From assembly GCF_019464535.1 (NCBI RefSeq), contig NZ_CP080507.1:1050001-1082000 (forward strand): 32,000 nucleotides of DNA, read 5' to 3'. Origin of the DNA: Horticoccus luteus (lineage in GTDB: Bacteria > Verrucomicrobiota > Verrucomicrobiia > Opitutales > Opitutaceae). The notes beneath the pieces were generated by a model, which saw only the letters and a program-made list of their open reading frames with translations, was not told the DNA's origin and ran no database searches. Each line of letters starts with the position of its first letter. Positions within the stretch are counted from its first letter, which is position 1. The translations under genes and the position numbers were made by a program. Of this stretch, positions 28,501-32,000 are shown piece after piece.

Positions 28501-29161
28501 GACGGGCTTGATCCAAGGCACGCCGACGAGCGCGGGGACGTTCACCGTTTACCTCGCCGCGACGAATCTCAACGGCACCGGGCCGGTGCGCACGTTGACC
28601 CTCGTGATCAAACCCTCGCCGTCGGCGCCGATCATCAACAGTTCGCCGCAAGCCGCCGCGCAAGCGGGCGTGGCGTTCAGTTACCAGATCGGCGCGCTCA
28701 ACGGCGCGACGGCCTACGAAGTGATCGGGGCGCCCGCGTGGCTCGGCGTCAACGCGACGACCGGCGCGCTCACGGGCACGCCGACGCTGCCGGGCACGGT
28801 GACGGTGCAACTGCTCGCGAGCAACGCGACCGGCACCTCGAGCCCGCAGACGCTCACGCTCACGATCGCGCCGGCGGCGAACACGCCGGTGATCACCAGC
28901 GGCCAGGCGGCCACGGGTGCGATCGGCGCGGCGTTCAGTTACCAGATTGCCGCGACGAATACGCCGACGAGTTACATCGCGACGGGTCTGCCGGAAGGTC
29001 TGGTCTTCGACGGTGCGACCGGCCAGATCACGGGCACGCCGCAAGCCTCGGGCGAGTTCCGCGTGACGCTCACAGCCGTCAACGCCCAAGGCCCGGGCGC
29101 CGGCGCCGCTCTCGTTCTCACCATTGTTTCCAGCGTGCAGTTCATCGACGCGGGCGGATGA
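19430..29161 (+). CDS. Giant (3,243 aa) multidomain surface/secreted protein: signal-anchor, reprolysin-like metzincin protease, PPC domain, Ig/He_PIG modules, 7-bladed RCC1 propeller, 7x159-aa tandem repeats, 11x He_PIG repeats
   Basis: One uninterrupted ORF starting at GTG 19430. Domain calls come from sequence motifs and are listed as the separate features below. Confidence 0.9.
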   Translation: MRRGTLAFVGALVVVLLLGGVRLYRIRAAETERDKTQAAFAGAPESEAAEPRLATAGDEVKTPRAQAEGAGAGGGAGQRISAAEELWQEIPAGALRESLLRLDAAARRRALEKLARLHVPKEDYASLRAAANGGLFYACVFPRPPDETGTRNAMGQGSGGALAGAAGASVPIATPPVFHSKPGSANVLYLDFNGHTITGTAWNTSNGAAAVYQALPYDTDGDATSFSDAEQAVIAQVWQRVAEDYAPFDVDVTTEEPAVFTSTTGRAVITKNVDANGVGMPSGTAGGVAWLDVFGEADYATASSPVLIYYNNLGNTRADYIAEATAHEFGHNLSLSHDGQTNGNEYYGGHGSGETSWGPIMGTGYNRNVSQWSKGEYYLANNTEDDLAIISGHLGYRADEAGGTVATAAVAAVNGTVVSASGILSSASDSDTFAVSTGAGTLTLSASPYRAASNTYGGDADLKLEVLNAAGTVVASADPSATTTVSLSYAAAAGTYFVRLTPSSTGTPLASTPTGYTSYASIGHYTLTGTIVPAAPQILGPLTASTPAGANFSYAIAATNSPTSYTAAGLPTGLTCDAGSGVISGRAAVAGVFAVALTATNGVGSAQATLTLTITDAAPAITSQTGGRTTVPAGGVLTLQVAAISANGAASYQWKHNGLAVAGGTNSTLTVPSASVAGSGYFQAVVTNAIGSTTSAAMFVRVAPAVAEVLTWGKNDHGQLNEPVALEDATEVVAGTYHVLALKSDGTVAAWGDDSKGQTDVPADLSDVVEVAAGKYHSLALLANGTVRGWGLGTSGQTTAPDGLSDVVEISAGDYYSVALKADGSVVAWGDNAYGQRNVPGGLSGVIGVAAGAAHVLALKGDGTVTAWGWNANGQASVPGSLAGVVAVAAGTNHSVALNSNGTVTAWGASTFTSGASALTGVTAIAAGNNHSLALKADGTVSGWGTDTDGQIAGGAGVTTVVGVDAGLSFSVALRDATGDVAPTFTAQPVDRAIISGGSATFSVATNASTASYGWEVDSGSGWEVVAEGAPFSGAATTTLSIADVTTVMNGWQFRCVATNAAGSTTSSVATLTVAKAAQTIAFEAVSAKTFGDAAFAVKATATSGLPVDVSVVSGPATMANGVVTLTGAGTVTLRASQAGDARYAAATDVNVSFTVEKAVPLLTWAAPAGIVYGTALSETQLNATASVPGVFVYSPAAGTVLDAGSGAVLSVTFTPAETENYTRATATTTIAVAAATQTISYAPVGAKTFGDAPFIVAASASSGLPVTIVVAAGPASVANGAVTLSGAGAVTLVLRQAGNANFAAAPDVPVMFSVAKDQPLLAWEAPAAIAYGTVLSSAQLNATADVAGTFVYDPPAGTVLAAGEAQVLSVTFTPDDAADFTKATATTTITVAPAAQTIAVDPITAKTFGDAAFAVTATATSGLPVDVSVVSGPATMANGVVTLTGAGAVSLRASQAGDPNFKAADDVVVSFTVAKAGPVLTWSAPAAIAYGTVFSSAQLNATADVAGTFVYDPPAGTVLAAGEAQVLSVTFTPDDAANFTEATATTTITVAPAAQTIAIDPITAKTFGDAAFAVTATATSGLPVSVSVVSGPATMANGVVTLTGAGAVSLRASQVGDANFTAADDVVVSFTVAKAGPVLMWSAPAAIAYGTALSTAQLNATADVAGTFVYDPPAGTVLAAGEAQVLRATFTPDDAANFAEATATTTITVAPAAQTIEVEPIAAKTFGDAAFAVTATATSGLPVSVSVVSGPATMANGVVTLTGAGTVTLRASQAGDARYVAATDVDVSFTVAKAVPVLTWSAPAAIAYGEALSATQLNATASVPGAFAYVPALGTTLGAGDGQVLSVTFTPDDAADFTEATATTTITVAPAAQTIAVDPITAKTFGDAAFAVTATATSGLPVSVSVVSGPATMANGVVTLTGAGAVSLRASQAGDARYVAATDVDVSFTVAKAVPVLTWSAPAAIAYGEALSATQLNATASVPGAFAYVPALGTTLGAGDGQVLSVTFTPDDAADFTEATATTTITVAPAAQTIAIDPITAKTFGDAAFAVTATATSGLPVDVSVVSGPATMANGVVTLTGAGTVTLRASQGGDANFTAAEDVVVSFTVAKAVPVLTWSAPAAIAYGTALSSTQLNATASVPGTFVYDPAAGTKLEAGDAQVLRAMFTPEDSANYVSASLTREIDVKLIATQIITQPVSVVVVEGENAIFRVVATGAPEPTFQWQKDGTPLTGATSATLVLAAVSADDAGAFTVTVANSARTVVSQEATLTVNPIAPVISATDLSAVQGQSFDFQINANTTSATYGASGLPAGLTVNTATGAISGTPTTTGSFTVTLSASNATSSDSKQITLTVQPPAPVITSPGATGGRVGSAFTYTIVASNGATTYSAPYLPDGLTLNAATGEITGTPTTAGTYLVVITASNVTGSATTQLQITVESAANAPLYAGATSFSAVQNTGFALVPAFTNSPTGFALAKLADGTDSVLPTGLTFNATTGVLTGTPTQVGVFTFALRATNAGGSSTVTLTLTVNPAPAAPKITSASSAMATVGVAFSFQLTASATPAATSFTLVSGTLPAGLTLNPASGLISGTPGAPALTTVSVAATNTVGTGAAAQLVFSVSPSPTAPAITSALVATGQVGTALSYQLTASNTPTSFTLVSGTLPAGLAFDGATGAISGTPTTVGQRRVYFAASNASGRGLALEVLFSITAAPTVPVVTSNPTAEGQVGQAFLYIVTGTNTPISYGVTGTLPAGLVAEEGVIYGVPAQSGTAILTLTATNADGTGAAKTLTITIRPAPATPVITSALNASGRVGTAFAYQATATENATSFVALGLPSGLTMNSAGQISGTPTAAGTFGVTLRATNAAGAGTPAILSLAINAAAQAPKLTSAAAQAGKVRVPFTYQASAAPGPITSYGLTGTLPLGLAFNTSTGLLSGTPAESGVFVVTLTATADAGTSLGQDVALFISPADDVPVINSSTRADGTVDAAFSFTVTATNLPAAPFPPYATIDAIGLPDGLAINPSTGLIQGTPTSAGTFTVYLAATNLNGTGPVRTLTLVIKPSPSAPIINSSPQAAAQAGVAFSYQIGALNGATAYEVIGAPAWLGVNATTGALTGTPTLPGTVTVQLLASNATGTSSPQTLTLTIAPAANTPVITSGQAATGAIGAAFSYQIAATNTPTSYIATGLPEGLVFDGATGQITGTPQASGEFRVTLTAVNAQGPGAGAALVLTIVSSVQFIDAGG
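19951..20620 (+). other. Reprolysin/ADAM-like (M12B-type) metzincin catalytic domain
   Basis: The zinc motif HEFGHNLSLSHD lies at 20408-20443 (aa 327-338). Flanking blocks VLYLDFNGHTITGTAWN, VAEDYAPFDVDVTT and SWGPIMGTGY...WSKGEYY are typical of bacterial Reprolysin_4-like proteins. Confidence 0.75.
20621..21025 (+). other. Bacterial pre-peptidase C-terminal (PPC)-like beta-sandwich domain
   Basis: The sequence SDSDTFAVSTGAGTLTLSASPY...GDADLKLEVLNAAGTVVASAD...GTYFVRLTP...IGHYTLTGTI follows the PPC pattern (DxDxF..., D.dL.l.d..G, G.Y.v.V). Confidence 0.6.
21026..21275 (+). other. He_PIG (putative Ig, dystroglycan/cadherin-like) domain, isolated copy
   Basis: PAGANFSYAIAATNSPTSYTAAGLPTGLTCDAGSGVISGRAAVAGVFAVALTATN matches the Y-x-A...GLPxGL...tGxisGtP..xGxf core. 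Confidence 0.6.
21276..21550 (+). other. Ig-like (I-set-type) domain
   Basis: GGVLTLQVAAISANGAASYQWKHNGLAVAGGTNSTLTVPSASVAGSGYFQAVVTNAIGSTTS shows the classic YQW-x-NG ... L.i......G.Y.c.v.N pattern. Confidence 0.55.
21551..22357 (+). repeat. Seven RCC1-like repeats (a complete beta-propeller), about 38 aa per blade
   Basis: The unit [V/I]AAG..H[S/V]LAL...GTV.[A/G]WG....GQ...P occurs seven times: WGKNDHGQLN, AAWGDDSKGQTD, RGWGLGTSGQTT, VAWGDNAYGQRN, TAWGWNANGQAS, TAWGASTFTSGAS, SGWGTDTDGQIA. Confidence 0.8.
22358..22657 (+). other. Ig-like domain
   Basis: FTAQPVDRAIISGGSATFSVATNASTASYGWEVD...LSIADVTTVMNGWQFRCVATNAAGSTTS. Confidence 0.5.
22658..25996 (+). repeat. Seven in-frame tandem repeats of exactly 477 bp (159 aa); each unit consists of two ~80-aa beta-sandwich modules
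   Basis: Units start at 22658, 23135, 23612, 24089, 24566, 25043 and 25520. Module A reads AAQTIa.dPi.AKTFGDAAFAVTATATSGLPV.VSVVSGPATMANGVVTLTGAG.V.LRASQAGD. Module B reads P.LTWsAPAAIAYGtaLS..QLNATA.V.GtFvYdP.aGTvL.AG..QVLsVTFTPdDaanf, resembling the YG-containing MBG (YGX-type) domain. Positions 24761-25060 are 100% identical to 25238-25537. Confidence 0.92.
25997..26251 (+). other. Ig-like (I-set-type) domain
   Basis: ITQPVSVVVVEGENAIFRVVATGAPEPTFQWQKDGTPLTGATSATLVLAAVSADDAGAFTVTVANSA. Confidence 0.6.
26252..29158 (+). repeat. Array of eleven diverged He_PIG (putative Ig) domains, about 88 aa each, extending to the C-terminus
   Basis: The recurrent pattern is P.APvITS....G.vG.aFsYqi.AtN.PTSy...GLPaGL.fn..TG.isGTPt..G.f.vtl.AtN..G.g...L.ltI. 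The copies are diverged at both DNA and protein level, unlike the 477-bp units. Confidence 0.75.
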
Positions 29162-29432
29162 AGGTGAAATTCCTCCGGAGCGTCGATTTTGTGAAATGGG
29201 CAAGCAGGGTGACGCGTGGGGCGCACGCTGACGCGCGTGGGCTTGATGTTAACGACGAGCTTCAAACCACCGCGCGGCGGAGCGCACGGTCCACCTGCGC
29301 GGCGTCAGGGCGATGCGCGGACGAGCAGCGGAGGTGGTGCGGACGTGGCGGAGTGAAATGCGCGACGGGAAAGGCGCGGCGCAGAAATGCGATTGCGGCG
29401 CAGTGGGAGGGTGACTTGATGCGGGTTTCCCC

Positions 29433-30863
29433 ATGATTGAACCGCCGGGCCGGATTCGAGAATTTGTGGCTTCGTTCACTGACACGCTGCGGCTGCCGCG
29501 GGCGTTTTGGTTCGTGATCGGCGCGTTCGTGGTCGATTCGATGGCTTACTTCGGCGTGCTGACGCTGATGTCGAGCTACCTGTCGAGCGAGCTCGGCTGG
29601 GGCGACGTGGCGGCGGGAATCATGGTGAGTCTTTTCACCATGAGCATGACGTTGTTCATGCTGGGCTTGGGGAGTTTTGCCGAAGGCTTCGGCTTGCGGC
29701 GGGCGATTCTTGCGGCGCTGGCGTTGTGCACAGTGGGGCGGCTGGTTTATAGCGGAATGGGGATGGTGCACGGCGGCGTGGCCGTGACGGCGGCGGTGAT
29801 CGCGGCGATTTTCGTGACGGCGGTGGGCGAGGCGATTTTGCAGCCCGTGTGCTACTCGGGCGTGAAACAATACACGGACGAGAAGACGAGCGTGATGGGT
29901 TACGCGTTGATCTATGCGATCATGAACGCGCTGATCGTGGCGGCGGGCACATTGTCGGCGTGGATCCGGCCGGCGGTGCAGGACGTGAAGGATGGCCACG
30001 CGACGACGGGCGGATTCGTGGGCTGGCTGGCGGGCGTGACGCCGAGCGGCATCGACGCGGTGAACTGGGTGTTCACAGGCGTGACGGCGCTGACTTTTGT
30101 GGGGTTCTTCGTCGTGTTCACGCGGAAGGCGGAGGCGGAGAAGTTGCGGCCGGACCCCGCGGAGGAGCAACGTCTCGGGGCGACGAAGCCGCGGCTCGCG
30201 CGGTTGAAGGAGTATTTCACGGAGGGACCGTTTCGGAATCCGAGATTCCTGTTTTTCATTTTCATGCTGCTGCCGGTGCGGACGTTGTTCGCGCACCAGT
30301 GGCTGACGTTTCCGCAATATATTCTGCGGGCCTACGACAAGGACGTGGCGGATCACATGGAGTGGCTGGTGAACTGGATCAACCCGGGTGTGATCTTCAT
30401 CGGCGTGCCGCTGACGGCGGCGCTGACGAAGCGGATCAACGTTTATACGATGATGATCGTCGGTTCGCTGGTGAGCGCGCTGCCGACGTTTCTGCTGGTG
30501 GGCGGTCCGGATTTGACGCGGTTGATCACGTATTTCGTGGTGTTCTCCATCGGCGAAGCGCTGTGGTCGGCGCGATTTTTGGAATACGCGTCGGAACTCG
30601 CGCCGCCGGGACGCGTGGCGCAATACATGGGCCTCGCGAACATCCCGTGGCTGCTGGCGAAGGGCACGACGGGCTTTTACTCCGGCTACATGCTCTCGCG
30701 CTATTGTGCGGAAGGCGTGCCGCCGGCGCAGCAGCACACGGGCACGATGTTTTTGATCTACGGCTGCATCGCGATGTTGTCGCCGATCGGACTTTTCGCC
30801 GCGCGGAAGTGGGTGATGGCGGGATTGCACACGGCGCGGGCACCCGCGCGCGCGGCAAATTGA
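29433..30863 (+). CDS. MFS transporter (weak resemblance to the POT/peptide-transporter branch)
   Basis: 476 aa with about 12-14 hydrophobic segments. The N-terminal FWFVIGAFVVDSMAYFGVLTLMSSYLSSELGW resembles the ERFxYYG region of POT carriers, but without the conserved ExxER. Confidence 0.75.
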   Translation: MIEPPGRIREFVASFTDTLRLPRAFWFVIGAFVVDSMAYFGVLTLMSSYLSSELGWGDVAAGIMVSLFTMSMTLFMLGLGSFAEGFGLRRAILAALALCTVGRLVYSGMGMVHGGVAVTAAVIAAIFVTAVGEAILQPVCYSGVKQYTDEKTSVMGYALIYAIMNALIVAAGTLSAWIRPAVQDVKDGHATTGGFVGWLAGVTPSGIDAVNWVFTGVTALTFVGFFVVFTRKAEAEKLRPDPAEEQRLGATKPRLARLKEYFTEGPFRNPRFLFFIFMLLPVRTLFAHQWLTFPQYILRAYDKDVADHMEWLVNWINPGVIFIGVPLTAALTKRINVYTMMIVGSLVSALPTFLLVGGPDLTRLITYFVVFSIGEALWSARFLEYASELAPPGRVAQYMGLANIPWLLAKGTTGFYSGYMLSRYCAEGVPPAQQHTGTMFLIYGCIAMLSPIGLFAARKWVMAGLHTARAPARAAN

Positions 30864-30970
30864 AGTCGGGTTGACGCGCGCTTGGGCCGGGAACCAAGCG
30901 GTCCGGGGCGGTTCTAGCACGACGAAGCACCGTTGGCGCAAGGACCTTGCGCAAGCGGTTTTCGTGCGCC

Positions 30971-31882
30971 ATGCAGCCAAACCTTTCGATCATCGTTCCT
31001 CACAAAAACGACCCGGTGCGACTCGAGTCGTGCCTGGCCGGCCTGTCAGCGCAGGTGGAAAGCGGCGATGAGATCATCGTCGTCGATAATGGCTCGGGCG
31101 ACCATGCGCGGGCCGCGGCGGAGGGCGCGTGTTGGCGGATGGGTGCGCGATTTTTTTCGTGCGATCGCGGTGGCTCTTATGCGGCGCGGAACGTCGGGAT
31201 AGAACAGGCGAAGAACGACGTGTTCGTGTTCACGGACGCGGATTGCCGGCCGGCGGCGGAGTTTCTGCCGAGTTATCGGGCGTGGTTCGCGACGAAGCGC
31301 GCGCCGGCGATCGCGGCGGGTCCCGTGGCACTTGTGCCGAGGCGCGGCGGGCGGTTCAACGCGTGGGAGTGCATCGATCGCGTTTACGGCTTTCCGCAGG
31401 CGGAGATGGTGCAGCGCTCCGGCACCGCGATGACGGCCAATCTGGCGGTCTCGCGTGCGGCGGTCGAGCAATGGGGCGCGTTTGACGCGCGGCTGTTCTC
31501 CGGGGGCGACGTGGAGTTTTCGCGGCGGGTATCCAGCCGTGTGCCCGGCGGGATGGGCTGGGTGCCGGGCGCGACGATTTTGCATCCGACGCGTGCCACG
31601 CGCGGGGAGCACCTGCGCCGGATGATGCGCACCCACGAGGGGTTGGAGCGACTGGCACGGCAGGCAGGTGCAGTCGGCGCCACGAAAGGCACGGTGTGGC
31701 GGGCGGCGATCGGGCGCCCGAGCGCCCGCTGGAAGCAGATTTTGCACCTCGCGGACGCTAGTTTGCCGGCGAAGGCGTGGGCGCTCGTGTGCCTCGCGGA
31801 TTTGCGTCTGGCGAGGATGCGCTACAAAGCGCGTTTACGGCGCGAACTTGATCTGGGTCGGCTGGCGCGGGAGGTGAACTGA
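30971..31882 (+). CDS. Family 2 glycosyltransferase (GT-A fold)
   Basis: LSIIVPHKNDPVRLESCLAGLSAQ...IIVVDNGSGD...YAARNVGIEQAKNDVFVFTDADC contains the DxD (TDAD). ATG at 30971 is preferred over the track's TTG at 30947. Confidence 0.8.
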   Translation: MQPNLSIIVPHKNDPVRLESCLAGLSAQVESGDEIIVVDNGSGDHARAAAEGACWRMGARFFSCDRGGSYAARNVGIEQAKNDVFVFTDADCRPAAEFLPSYRAWFATKRAPAIAAGPVALVPRRGGRFNAWECIDRVYGFPQAEMVQRSGTAMTANLAVSRAAVEQWGAFDARLFSGGDVEFSRRVSSRVPGGMGWVPGATILHPTRATRGEHLRRMMRTHEGLERLARQAGAVGATKGTVWRAAIGRPSARWKQILHLADASLPAKAWALVCLADLRLARMRYKARLRRELDLGRLAREVN

Positions 31883-32000
31883 CGCTGCAGGTAGCAGCGA
31901 AAACGGCCGCGCCGCTACCGCCGGTGGTGGCGGAAAACGCACGCCCACCGTGATCGATTGAGGCGCACGCCGTGGGCGCGGCCGCGGCGGCGCTAACCTC

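Noticed and set aside
30936-30962. Hairpin GCGCAA-GGACC-TTGCGC followed by AAGCGGTTTT between the MFS and GT2 genes as a terminator
   Set aside because: The stem is only 6 bp, the T-run is separated from it by 6 nt, and it sits within 20 nt of the GT2 start codon. This is too weak to call.
29262-30980. 572-aa minus-strand ORF opposite the MFS transporter, and 8551..9807(-) opposite ptsI
   Set aside because: Arg/His/Gln-rich shadow frames. The plus-strand products have clear transmembrane periodicity (MFS) or Enzyme I motifs.

Overview
High-GC bacterial chromosomal window (roughly two-thirds G+C by eye) with 20 supportable protein-coding genes. I found no rRNA, tRNA, CRISPR array, transposase or integrase. 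Positions 1-19.2 kb are tightly packed housekeeping and central-metabolism genes. In order they are: def (cut by the left edge and missing from the ORF track), a SAM-methyltransferase translationally coupled to a UbiA-like membrane protein, an rlmI-like rRNA methyltransferase, an orphan family-5 solute-binding lipoprotein, a pyrF-ispD-ispF chain with divergent ispE, ptsI, dapL, panC, two tandem class II aldolase paralogues (the second fused to an SDR), a panE-like reductase, a TIM-barrel sugar-phosphate isomerase/epimerase, and an M13 metallopeptidase followed by a clean intrinsic terminator. Positions 19.4-31.9 kb hold one 9,732-nt gene (3,243 aa), then an MFS transporter and a GT2 glycosyltransferase. 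The giant gene encodes, in order, an N-terminal signal-anchor, a reprolysin-like metzincin protease, a PPC domain, Ig-like and He_PIG modules, a seven-bladed RCC1 propeller, seven near-identical 477-bp tandem repeats, and eleven diverged He_PIG repeats. The many long arginine-rich antisense ORFs in the track are high-GC shadow frames. I do not see a defence-island-type multi-gene system. The best candidate for novelty is the giant protease/propeller/repeat protein and the recombination signature inside it. Secondary candidates are the aldolase-paralogue cluster and the methyltransferase/UbiA-like pair. Gene content (DapL lysine route, giant RCC1/He_PIG protein, GC level) suggests a Verrucomicrobiota/PVC-like organism, but that is inference only.
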